From: Pseudobutyrivibrio sp.
GTDB taxonomy: Bacteria; Bacillota; Clostridia; Lachnospirales; Lachnospiraceae
DNA length: 64,000 bases
Direction of reading: 5' to 3'
NCBI GenBank assembly: GCA_024693775.1
Contig: JAILKL010000068.1
Span: 12,938-76,937 of the forward strand
Part shown: piece by piece, positions 9,094-17,878 of the stretch
Layout of the letters: each line of letters opens with the position of its first letter
How positions within the stretch are numbered: the stretch's first letter is position 1
Position numbers and translations under genes: made by a program
Notes under the pieces: model-generated
The model's input: the letters and a program-made list of their open reading frames with translations, nothing else
Database searches by the model: none
Told to the model about the DNA's origin: nothing

Positions 9094-9178
9094 GCGGAAG
9101 TGTCGGAACTGGCAGACGAGCAAGACTAAGGATCTTGTGCTCATTGCGAGCGTGCGGGTTCAAGTCCCGCCTTCCGCA
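9094..9178 (+). tRNA. tRNA-Leu (anticodon AAG), copy 1
   Basis: Acceptor GCGGAAG/CTTCCGC+A; anticodon stem CAAGA/TCTTG with loop CT-AAG-GA; long variable arm; GGTTCAAGTC T-loop; CCA not encoded. Confidence 0.95.
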
Positions 9179-9186
9179 TCATATTA

Positions 9187-9254
9187 AAGCAATCAGTTTT
9201 CTGATTGCTTTTTTGTTTTCTTGGAGCAATCAGTTATCTGGTTGCTCTTTTTTT
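9187..9254 (+). terminator. Two tandem, related terminator hairpins
   Basis: AAGCAATCAG-tttt-CTGATTGCTT+T run and GAGCAATCAG-ttat-CTGGTTGCTC+T run. Confidence 0.8.
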
Positions 9255-9393
9255 ATAGATTTTTCTTATAAAAACATAAATTCATTTTCTTGGTATTTAC
9301 GATTTTGCTTGCTTGAATGTTTGTGTATTTGTGATACAATTTAATTAATTTAGCAATATTAAATTGAATGCGATTAATTGCAAGAGGTGAGCT

Positions 9394-11205
9394 ATGATAT
9401 ATACGATTTTTATTGTTTTTTTAACACTTTTGTATATTGCCATACTAGAGCTATCAAAGAATGTTTTGATAGGATGGTGCGTGGCAATAGCAGCTATGAT
9501 TGCATGGTTTGTAGCAAAGGCACTTTTAAAGAAAAGGGATAAGTGGACTAGAGGATACAAATGGCTCTCATTTGGCCTGTTGATGGTGGTGTTTGGCGTT
9601 AATTATATTTTGACTGCGCCTCCTCATAAAAATGTTCCAGCTGTTGCTAATGCAAATCCAGATGTTACAGAGGTTGTGCATGTGCAGCAGGGTGATTTAA
9701 CAGGTGTGTACAACGAGGACCATTCAGTAAAGGTATATGCTGGCATTCCTTATGCGGCTGCACCTGTAGGTGATCTTAGATTTAGAGAACCACAGGATCC
9801 TGAAAGCTGGGATGGCACTAGAGCGTGTGATGAATTTGGACCTATGGCTATGCAGTCTAGATCAACTCCTTTATATGACAGTCTTTCGCATATTTTGGGC
9901 TGGCACGACTATCAGGTCAAGTTTGGAGATGAATATGTTGAGAGCATGAGTGAGGATTGTCTTTACTTAAATGTTTTTGCGCCTAAGGAACAGACAGATG
10001 AGCCACTTCCAGTTATTTTCTATGTACATGGCGGCAGCTTAAATACAGGTCAGTCTTCATATACAGAATATAGAGGTGAGGATCTGGCAAAGCGCGGAGT
10101 TATCTTTGTAAATTTCGCGTATAGGTTAGGCACATTTGGATATTATACTGCGGATGATTTGGCGACAGAGTCTGAAAATGGCACTACAGGAAACTATGGA
10201 CTACTTGATCAGATAAAGGCATTGCAGTGGGTTCATGATAATATTGCAGCCTTTGGCGGTGACCCAAACCAAATCACTATAGCAGGTGAGTCAGCAGGCT
10301 CATCCAGTGTAAATGCCCTTTGTGTTTCACCACTTACAGAGGGACTTTTCAATTATGCGATTGCAGAATCCAGTGGAATACTTGCTCACGAGCCATTCCA
10401 TACCTTCAGAAGCTATGATGATGCTATAGAGCAGGGCAATATAGTTAGACAGGAGATGGGAGTTACATCATCTGCAGAGCTTAGAGATATTCCAGCAGAG
10501 AAACTACTGGACAATTCGTCTATACAGACTGCTATGACAGTAGACGGCTACGCAATTACGGAGCAGCCATATCTTACCTATGAACGTGGGGCAAATCATG
10601 AAAAAGCTCTTCTAAATGGATTTAATGCCAAGGAAGCTGATGCATTTTTGCTTGGTACAAAGGCCACAGCAGACAATTACGAGGAGCTTTTAGCAGAGGA
10701 TTTAGGAGAGTATGCAAAGGACATGGCACAGGTGGTTCCAGCGGATTCTCCTCAGCGTGACCAGCATTTTATAGTGGATGCTTTAGGCGAATCAAAGGGA
10801 GCCTTGAACAAGGCCTATTCAGCTATATGGTTTAGCTACTCACATTATTTGTGGAATAATTATTTAGTGGAGCAGGGAATCCCTACATATGAGTATTATT
10901 TTACAAAGACAAATAATATGCTTTCCAACTATCATGCAGGTGAGATACCATACGCATATGGAAATCTATGGAGACATCCAGGGCTATATGACGAGTCAGA
11001 TTATGAGCTATCAGATATCATGCAGCAATATTGGGTGAATTTTGCAAAGACTGGAGATCCTAATGGTGCAGGTCTTCCTGAATGGAAGATGAGAGATGAA
11101 AATCAGACACAGCTATTACAGCTTGATACTGAGATAAAGATGATAGATGACCCAAATAATGAGCTTTATACAGTAATAGATGCTTATCAAAATACAAAAG
11201 AATAA
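9394..11205 (+). CDS. Membrane-anchored type-B carboxylesterase
   Basis: GIPYAAAP, SEDCLYLNV, HGG, GESAG nucleophile, YHAGE; hydrophobic N-terminal helices. Confidence 0.9.
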   Translation: MIYTIFIVFLTLLYIAILELSKNVLIGWCVAIAAMIAWFVAKALLKKRDKWTRGYKWLSFGLLMVVFGVNYILTAPPHKNVPAVANANPDVTEVVHVQQGDLTGVYNEDHSVKVYAGIPYAAAPVGDLRFREPQDPESWDGTRACDEFGPMAMQSRSTPLYDSLSHILGWHDYQVKFGDEYVESMSEDCLYLNVFAPKEQTDEPLPVIFYVHGGSLNTGQSSYTEYRGEDLAKRGVIFVNFAYRLGTFGYYTADDLATESENGTTGNYGLLDQIKALQWVHDNIAAFGGDPNQITIAGESAGSSSVNALCVSPLTEGLFNYAIAESSGILAHEPFHTFRSYDDAIEQGNIVRQEMGVTSSAELRDIPAEKLLDNSSIQTAMTVDGYAITEQPYLTYERGANHEKALLNGFNAKEADAFLLGTKATADNYEELLAEDLGEYAKDMAQVVPADSPQRDQHFIVDALGESKGALNKAYSAIWFSYSHYLWNNYLVEQGIPTYEYYFTKTNNMLSNYHAGEIPYAYGNLWRHPGLYDESDYELSDIMQQYWVNFAKTGDPNGAGLPEWKMRDENQTQLLQLDTEIKMIDDPNNELYTVIDAYQNTKE

Positions 11206-11206
11206 T

Positions 11207-11236
11207 AAAGAAGCAGCCTTATGGGGCTGCTTCTTC
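11207..11236. terminator. Terminator hairpin between convergent genes
   Basis: AAGAAGCAGCC-ttatgg-GGCTGCTTCTT. Confidence 0.65.
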
Positions 11237-12640
11237 TGCTTTTATATCTATTTTTTGTTCGTACATATTTCTTTCAGCTCTTTCGAAGACATCATTTACG
11301 CAGGTGTCTTCATCTGAAAATGTTGCAATTCCGAAGGCTGCTGAATAACGTTTCCAAGGCTTTACATCTGGATCATTATTAGATATCTCAAAATCTGCCA
11401 TAATCTTAGTGTATAATGCTCCTCGATTGTTATAGTCATTATTTTCTAGTAGGATGATAAATTCGTCACCTGCAATTCTATATACTGGGGAATGCTTAAA
11501 TACATCACATATCTTTTGGCAGTTGATATATATGTATTCATTTCCTCGGTTATGTCCGTATTTTTCATTTATAAGCTGTTGATCGTTTAAATCCGCCACG
11601 ACAATGGCAAAGGCGGCAATACCATTTGCAATATCGTTGTTTAATCGATCCTCTGTTTTTTCATAGAATGCTTTGTTCTTAACCTGGGTCAAAGCATCCT
11701 GATATGCAAAGATATCCATGTTGCTTAGACTTGATTTAATATCAGAAATCTTATTCTTGGAAATATATACGTCAATAATATTCTTTTTAATACTATCTGA
11801 CATTTGGGTTATAGCATTTGAAAGTGATTCAATTTCGTTATTAGTATGTATTTCCGGTGCCACATACACCAATTGACCAATATCCTTGTAGCGGGTAGTT
11901 TTCTCTGCATAATGGGATACAGATACCTCTAGTTTACTGATTGGATCGGTGATTTTTTCTTTCGCCCAATTTAAAAACAGGATTGTAAAGAAAATTCCAA
12001 TTAATACCGTTACAAGCACATCTATTATTGAGAATACAAGCATATTCTTATTTACCATAGAAATATTAATGTCTATACATAATAGAGCGTACCTTTTATT
12101 GGATGAATTTTTTAGAGGCATCGCTGCAGTATAATCATGTCCAAAAACACTATTGCTCATGAAATATGAAATATCATCTGTGTGGAGGGCGCCATAATAT
12201 TTTTCTAATACACCATCAGCGTATTTATCTTCGCCACCAGTCCAGCCCAGCTCAAGAATATCCTTTGGCTCATAGGTTATATCATAATTTGAATATGCAT
12301 CTATTAAAACAGTATTGCTATAGGTATCATGATCTTTTTTAGGTATACAGATATAGAGATAATGAATGTTATCAAAATGTTCTATAACACGATTTAGCTG
12401 TGCATAAAGCTCATCATATGTTGCACTTTTTTGTAATGTTTCAGAACATTTGTATAGGTCGTCATTGTCAATAGTAGATTCCATGTAATTTAATATGTTG
12501 GCCATTTCCTGGTTATAGGTATCCGTCAAAATATTGATATATACCAAATGAGTGCCTAGGCAAAGTGCTACACACATAGTGGCAATATAAATTGAACAAT
12601 ACCTTATGATTTTTTGATACAGCGTGGTTCTATTTTTCAT
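11219..12640 (-). CDS. Membrane sensor-HAMP-GGDEF protein, degenerate (AGDEF)
   Basis: Two TM helices, HAMP (NEIESL), DALTQVKN, YRIAGDEF; ATG at 12640 preferred over TTG 12649. Confidence 0.85.
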   Translation of the reverse strand: MKNRTTLYQKIIRYCSIYIATMCVALCLGTHLVYINILTDTYNQEMANILNYMESTIDNDDLYKCSETLQKSATYDELYAQLNRVIEHFDNIHYLYICIPKKDHDTYSNTVLIDAYSNYDITYEPKDILELGWTGGEDKYADGVLEKYYGALHTDDISYFMSNSVFGHDYTAAMPLKNSSNKRYALLCIDINISMVNKNMLVFSIIDVLVTVLIGIFFTILFLNWAKEKITDPISKLEVSVSHYAEKTTRYKDIGQLVYVAPEIHTNNEIESLSNAITQMSDSIKKNIIDVYISKNKISDIKSSLSNMDIFAYQDALTQVKNKAFYEKTEDRLNNDIANGIAAFAIVVADLNDQQLINEKYGHNRGNEYIYINCQKICDVFKHSPVYRIAGDEFIILLENNDYNNRGALYTKIMADFEISNNDPDVKPWKRYSAAFGIATFSDEDTCVNDVFERAERNMYEQKIDIKAEEAAP

Positions 12641-12850
12641 TTTTTGCAACCTCGTTTGTAAAATTGAGACATAATATCAACCTAATAATATCATCCTAAA
12701 AGGCTTAAATTTAAAAAATGACACAAAATACACAGAAAATTCAGAAAAATTAAACAGTCTGTATTTAGAAACTTTTAGTTTTATTTACTTAATAATTCTT
12801 TATAATTGGAAGTGTAAAAGACGATTTTTCTCATTTTGGAGTTTATATAT

Positions 12851-14215
12851 ATGATTACATTTACTGATCAAATGTTTATTTTGGCTATATTGCCACTTTT
12901 TTTATTGTTGTATTATATCGTTCCTGCTAAATACAGAGCATGGCCACTGTTTATATTCTCTGCAGGCTTCTATTGCTACAACGATTATAGATATTTTGGG
13001 CTTTTAACAGGGCTGATTATTATTAATTATTTAGTAGGTTTATTAGTTAAAAAAGAAAAGAAAATTCCATTTGTTTTTATAATTTTTTTAAATATAGGTA
13101 CCCTAATCAGCTTTAAGGCATTAGGATTTATGGACAAAAGCATCCTGATTCCACTAGGACTTAGCTACTATATCTTCAAATTAATATCATATCAGGCGGA
13201 TTTATTTAAAGGGAAAATTCAAAAGCATACAATATTTGGATTAGCCACCTATGCATTTATATTTACTCAGATTATTTCTGGACCAATTGCCAGATATTCT
13301 TATATAGAAGCGGGCTTTGCTACACCATTAGAAAATAAAAATTTTAAAACAAGGGTATACGAGACTTTATATCAAATTCAAGATGGGCTAAAGCTATTTA
13401 TTATTGGTCTATTCATGAAAATCTGTCTTGCCGATAATCTGGCTATTTTATGGTCCAATATTAAAACCATTGGATATGAAAGTATCTCCACACCACTTGC
13501 TTGGACAGGGGTATATACCTACTCTCTGAGATTGTATTATGACTTTTGGGGATATTCACTTATGGCAGCAGGCATTGGTATCATGCTAGGATTTCCTTTT
13601 ATAAAAAACTTTGATCAGCCATATAGCTCAAGGACAGTTGCAGAGTTTTATCGAAGATGGCATATGACCTTAGGAGAATGGTTTAGAGATTATATTTATT
13701 TTCCACTGGGAGGCAGCAGAAAAGGCCAGCTTAGAACCATAATTAACTTGCTTGTTGTATGGCTTATTACAGGTTTATGGCACGGACTGACACCTAATTT
13801 TATGATTTGGTCAGGCAGTCTGTTTATAATGATTCTAATGGAAAAATTCGTATTTTCGAAGAATGATAAATTACTTGCAGTTATTGGTCGATTTCATGTA
13901 TGGTTTATGATTCCTTTGACTTGGGGTGTATTTGCCATTACTTCAATTAAAAATCTAGGATTATATTTTGCAAGATTGTTCCCGCTTTTTGGCGTTGGAA
14001 TTGCAGTCAATCATCGAGATATCGTATATACGGTACCTAAATTTGCAATCTATCTTATACCAGCTATTATCATGCTGTTGCCAATATGGGAAAAGCTTTA
14101 TAAGAAATACAAGGATACTATTATTGTTCAGCTTCTCTTATTGCTTATGGCAATAGCTAGTATGTATTTTGTAATTAATTCAGGCGGAAATCCATTTATG
14201 TATTTACGTTTCTAA
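12851..14215 (+). CDS. MBOAT O-acyltransferase (AlgI/PatA-like)
   Basis: PLGLSYYIFK, SGPIARY, FYRRWHMTL, GLWHG; ends FMYLRF; ATG after GGAG. Confidence 0.9.
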   Translation: MITFTDQMFILAILPLFLLLYYIVPAKYRAWPLFIFSAGFYCYNDYRYFGLLTGLIIINYLVGLLVKKEKKIPFVFIIFLNIGTLISFKALGFMDKSILIPLGLSYYIFKLISYQADLFKGKIQKHTIFGLATYAFIFTQIISGPIARYSYIEAGFATPLENKNFKTRVYETLYQIQDGLKLFIIGLFMKICLADNLAILWSNIKTIGYESISTPLAWTGVYTYSLRLYYDFWGYSLMAAGIGIMLGFPFIKNFDQPYSSRTVAEFYRRWHMTLGEWFRDYIYFPLGGSRKGQLRTIINLLVVWLITGLWHGLTPNFMIWSGSLFIMILMEKFVFSKNDKLLAVIGRFHVWFMIPLTWGVFAITSIKNLGLYFARLFPLFGVGIAVNHRDIVYTVPKFAIYLIPAIIMLLPIWEKLYKKYKDTIIVQLLLLLMAIASMYFVINSGGNPFMYLRF

Positions 14216-14227
14216 TATAGGTGAAAA

Positions 14228-15013
14228 ATGTTATTGAAAATAAAAAATTTACTTTTATTATTTGCAGTAATTATTTCAGCATTATCCTTTAATGGATATC
14301 AGCTGTACACAAAATATTACGTAGAGCCTAGACAAGCTCAGACAGCAGCTACTGTAAATAATAAATCTACAAAGGTGCAATATAAAAACAAAATAACTGA
14401 AAAGGAAAAGTCCTTTGAAACTGTTGATGACGATTATTTCTGCGATGCTTTATTTATAGGCGATTCCAGAATGGTTGGCCTATCAAGATACTGCGAGCCC
14501 ATAGATACAAGGGCGACCTTTTATGCAAAGGAGTCATTGACCATATACAATATACAAAATGATCCTTGGATAGAGGATGAAAATGGTGAAGAGAAGACCC
14601 TTTGGGATATGTTATCAACCCATGAATTTAAAAAGATATATATCATGGTAGGAATCAACGAAATAGGTACAAAAACAGATGTGGATTATAGCTGTGCATA
14701 TACGGATGTGATAAATCGTATCATGGAATTAGAGCCAGAGGCGATGGTTTTCATAAATAGCATTATGCATGTTACAAAAGAAAAGAGTGACTCGGACGCC
14801 TTATACAATAATACAAATATAGAAATCAGAAATAATGCTATAAAACCACTTGCAGATAATCGACATATCTTCTATATAAACATAAATGATTATTTAGATG
14901 ATGAGACAGGAAGTCTTAATAGCGAATACACCACTGATGGCGTGCATTTAAAGGGAGCCTGTTATGAACCATGGCACCAGGCATTATTAGAACATGGAGT
15001 AAAGATTGACTAG
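14228..15013 (+). CDS. SGNH/GDSL protein (AlgJ/PatB-like O-acyltransferase partner or esterase)
   Basis: N-terminal TM; FIGDS, GINE, DGVH motifs. Confidence 0.8.
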   Translation: MLLKIKNLLLLFAVIISALSFNGYQLYTKYYVEPRQAQTAATVNNKSTKVQYKNKITEKEKSFETVDDDYFCDALFIGDSRMVGLSRYCEPIDTRATFYAKESLTIYNIQNDPWIEDENGEEKTLWDMLSTHEFKKIYIMVGINEIGTKTDVDYSCAYTDVINRIMELEPEAMVFINSIMHVTKEKSDSDALYNNTNIEIRNNAIKPLADNRHIFYININDYLDDETGSLNSEYTTDGVHLKGACYEPWHQALLEHGVKID

Positions 15014-15069
15014 TCAGAAAAGTCTGATTTAATAGCGTAAAGTTCGACACTTAAAAATAGCAAAAAGCG

Positions 15070-15098
15070 TTGACGTAGTAGGGATTGTTTGCTATTAT
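15070..15098 (+). promoter_or_regulatory. sigmaA promoter of tRNA-Leu copy 2
   Basis: TTGACG-17 bp-TATTAT; shares TTTGCTATTATACTTCTTGTCGTCA with copy 1. Confidence 0.75.
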
Positions 15099-15141
15099 AC
15101 TTCTTGTCGTCAGACAGAGTGATGAAGCAATTCAATCACCT

Positions 15142-15226
15142 GCGGAAGTGTCGGAACTGGCAGACGAGCAAGACTAAGGATCTTGTGCTCATTGCGAGCG
15201 TGCGGGTTCAAGTCCCGCCTTCCGCA
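15142..15226 (+). tRNA. tRNA-Leu (anticodon AAG), copy 2
   Basis: 85 nt identical to 9094-9178; anticodon at 15176-15178. Confidence 0.95.
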
Positions 15227-15228
15227 TT

Positions 15229-15261
15229 AAAGGCAATCACCAATCGGTGGTTGCTTTTTTT
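15229..15261 (+). terminator. tRNA terminator
   Basis: GGCAATCACC-aatc-GGTGGTTGCT+T run. Confidence 0.8.
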
Positions 15262-15377
15262 GTGTATAAATTATTGTAATGAGAATTCTAACGGTGGATT
15301 ATTTTCAGATATTAAAGATAAAGCTGTGGAATAATCTTTGATTTGCGCAAAGGCCATTACATGTTTATAATGGGTGC

Positions 15378-15764
15378 ATGAGAATTTCAAAATATAAAAA
15401 TGATATTATTTTAATAATTGCACTTATTGTTATTGGCAGCATCATTGCTACCTATTTTTATTTTACTCGAAATGGAGGCAGCGAGGTAGTTGTTGCCGTA
15501 GGTGGACAGACTGTTGCTACATATCCTTTAAATGAGGATACAGTAGAGACCATAGAGCTAGACGATGGCCATTATAATGAGATAACTATTAAGGATTCTA
15601 CAGTTTCTGTTACTGATGCAGATTGTCCTGATAAGCTTTGTATCCATTGGGGCACCATCAGCAAGGATGGCGAGGCCATAGTATGCTTGCCACATGAGCT
15701 TGTGGTTATGATCAAGAGTACAGAGGCAGAAAAGGAATCAGAGTTTGATGGAGTAGCACAATAA
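15378..15764 (+). CDS. NusG domain II (DUF1312, EetA-like) membrane-anchored protein
   Basis: TM helix plus ADCPDKLC...IVCLPHELVV motif. Confidence 0.85.
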   Translation: MRISKYKNDIILIIALIVIGSIIATYFYFTRNGGSEVVVAVGGQTVATYPLNEDTVETIELDDGHYNEITIKDSTVSVTDADCPDKLCIHWGTISKDGEAIVCLPHELVVMIKSTEAEKESEFDGVAQ

Positions 15765-16264
15765 TGACAAAGCGTACATTACGATTAACCACATATGCAC
15801 TTTTAATTGCCCTTGCTTTAGTGCTGTCTTATGTTGAAAGCCTGGTGCCTGCATTTTTTGCAGTTCCTGGCATGAAGCTTGGTCTTACAAATATTGTAGT
15901 TTTGATAGCACTTTACAAGCTAGACTTTAAAAGCGCATTTTTTATTAGCGTTGTTAGAATAGTTTTAGTGACAGCTATGTTTGGAAATGCAGCTAGTCTT
16001 GCTTACAGTATAGGTGGTGGCGTGCTTAGCTTGCTTGTTATGGCTCTTCTTAAAAAGACAGGAAGGTTTTCCCTTGTGGCTGTCAGTGCAGCAGGTGGTA
16101 TTTTCCATAATATAGGTCAGGTCTTGGTGGCTATGTGGCTGCTTTATACCCCAGAGATTGCTTATTATATGCTACTTTTATGGTTTTCTGGTATTGTCAC
16201 TGGTCTTGTGGTTGGCCTTATTTCAGCATTAGTTTTAGTTAGAATACCTAGGATAGATTTATAA
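15764..16264 (+). CDS. Gx transporter / 'heptaprenyl diphosphate synthase component I' family (EetB-like)
   Basis: PGMKLGLTN, GGIFHNIGQ; hydrophobic; start overlaps the upstream stop. Confidence 0.85.
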   Translation: MTKRTLRLTTYALLIALALVLSYVESLVPAFFAVPGMKLGLTNIVVLIALYKLDFKSAFFISVVRIVLVTAMFGNAASLAYSIGGGVLSLLVMALLKKTGRFSLVAVSAAGGIFHNIGQVLVAMWLLYTPEIAYYMLLLWFSGIVTGLVVGLISALVLVRIPRIDL

Positions 16265-16267
16265 ATT

Positions 16268-17308
16268 ATGAAGAAAAAGCTTTTATCACTTATAGTTTTA
16301 TTATCATTAACGACTTTTACAGGCTGTGCTAGTAATGGCACAGCTTTAAATTCGCAATCCTCTAATAAAGAAGAAACTGCCACAGAGGATGTGTTTGCCA
16401 TGGACACCTATATGACGGTTACAGCCTATGGCAAAAACTGTCAAAAGGCTGTAGATGCAGCCATAGACGAGATACATCGCATTGATGACATGCTTTCCAT
16501 CGCGAATGACAGTAGTGAGATAGCCAAGTTAAATGCCTCTGGTTCAGCCTTTTTATCAGAGGAAACAGCAGAGCTTATGGCTCGTTCTCTGGAAATCGGT
16601 GAGAGTACAGAGGGAGATTTCAACATTGCCGTATATCCAGTAGAAAATCTATGGGGATTTTATAGTGGAGAATACCAGGTGCCTTCTGATGAGGATTTAT
16701 CAGAGGCCATGTCGTTAATCAATCTTTCTGATATATCCTTTAATGAAGAGACAAGGGAAATCACCTTGGAAAAGCCTGGCATGGCAGTAGACCTAGGCGG
16801 CATTGCAAAGGGCTACACCTCAAAGGTTATTATGGATATATTTGATTCCTATGGATGCAGCGGTATTGTTTCCCTAGGCGGTAACATTCAGGCCACAGGC
16901 ACAAAGCCAGATGGATCTAGTTGGAAGATTGCAGTTAGAAATCCTTTGGATGAAAACAGTATTTTAGGATATGTCGATACAGAAGGCACAGCCGTTGTTA
17001 CATCAGGTGGATATGAAAGATATTTTGAGTCCGATGGAAAAAAATATCATCATATAATTGATCCTGCTACTGGATATCCTGCAGAAAACGGCATAATATC
17101 TTCATCTATTGTCACCAAAGATGGCACATTGGCAGATGCGTTATCCACAGCAGTGTTTATTATGGGATTGGATGATGCGTCAGAATATTGGAGAAATCAC
17201 AGTGATGAATTCGATATGATTATCTATACAGAGGATGATTCGCTATATGTTACTAGTGGTATAGCAGATGAGTTTGTTTCAGATTACGATATAAACATTA
17301 TAGAATAA
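16268..17308 (+). CDS. apbE: FAD:protein FMN transferase lipoprotein (ApbE/FmnB)
   Basis: Lipobox FTGC; AMDT, DLGGIAKGY, TSGGYERY, YHHIIDP, ADALSTA. Confidence 0.92.
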   Translation: MKKKLLSLIVLLSLTTFTGCASNGTALNSQSSNKEETATEDVFAMDTYMTVTAYGKNCQKAVDAAIDEIHRIDDMLSIANDSSEIAKLNASGSAFLSEETAELMARSLEIGESTEGDFNIAVYPVENLWGFYSGEYQVPSDEDLSEAMSLINLSDISFNEETREITLEKPGMAVDLGGIAKGYTSKVIMDIFDSYGCSGIVSLGGNIQATGTKPDGSSWKIAVRNPLDENSILGYVDTEGTAVVTSGGYERYFESDGKKYHHIIDPATGYPAENGIISSSIVTKDGTLADALSTAVFIMGLDDASEYWRNHSDEFDMIIYTEDDSLYVTSGIADEFVSDYDINIIE

Positions 17309-17311
17309 ATA

Positions 17312-17478
17312 AGATGGGCGACACCAATTCGAAATCTCTTGATTCCTAATTGATGCCGCCCCTGATTATCGGTCCCAATGGTCTATACCTCTCATTCATT
17401 AGATTTTTAATAATTACTAACTCTTAACTCTCTGGTGGACTATACCTCCCTTTCTGTAAATATTATTTCTCTGTTGTT
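17312..17478 (-). ncRNA. Putative small RNA (unannotated)
   Basis: Minus-strand TTGCAA-16 bp-TATAAT; two copies of GAGGUAUAG(U/A)CCA; 14-bp terminal hairpin that pairs fully (with G-U) only on the minus strand. Confidence 0.45.
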
Positions 17479-17610
17479 AATTTAATTATACTTGCTGAAG
17501 ATTAAATTGCAAGAAAAATATATCAATAAGATTAAAATTGTCAGAAAGCTCAATGTTCGATTGGAAGTTCTGTGAAAAATGACAATTGCTTTTTTTATGA
17601 GGCCTTTCCC

Positions 17611-17639
17611 TTGACTTAAAGGCGCAAATTCTATAGAAT
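17611..17639 (+). promoter_or_regulatory. sigmaA promoter of tRNA-Leu(CAG)
   Basis: TTGACT-17 bp-TAGAAT. Confidence 0.7.
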
Positions 17640-17650
17640 ATTCAATGTTC

Positions 17651-17734
17651 GCAGGAATGGCGGAATTGGCAGACGCGCAGGCTTCAGGTGCCTGTGGTAG
17701 CAATATCGTGTGGGTTCAAGTCCCATTTCCTGCA
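17651..17734 (+). tRNA. tRNA-Leu (anticodon CAG)
   Basis: Acceptor GCAGGAA/TTCCTGC+A; stem CAGGC/GCCTG with loop TT-CAG-GT; long variable arm. Confidence 0.95.
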
Positions 17735-17738
17735 CTTC

Positions 17739-17768
17739 GAGATTGAGGGTTCCTCAGTCTCTTTTTTT
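17739..17768 (+). terminator. tRNA terminator
   Basis: GAGATTGAGG-gtt-CCTCAGTCTC+T8. Confidence 0.8.
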
Positions 17769-17878
17769 ATGTCCTCACATAATATAAAAAAATTTTTGAG
17801 AAAAAAAGGAAATCCTTTTTTTAGGTGTAATATGTTTTATAGGAGTGTCGTGTATATGGGTGTATTTTGGGAGGAAAA

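Noticed and set aside
9121-9137. Reading the anticodon as CTA (amber suppressor/Pyl) or TAA
   Set aside because: The 5-bp stem CAAGA/TCTTG fixes a 7-nt loop centred on AAG
9063-9344. ORFs 9063-9344, 15089-15334, 17482-17703 and 17688-17900
   Set aside because: They overlap tRNA genes, promoters or terminators; similarity between the first two comes from the duplicated tRNA unit
9179-15141. Integrative element or prophage with attL/attR
   Set aside because: No integrase or phage genes; both tRNA copies are full length with their own promoters
17379-17454. Mini CRISPR array
   Set aside because: Only two imperfect 19-mers, non-palindromic, no cas genes
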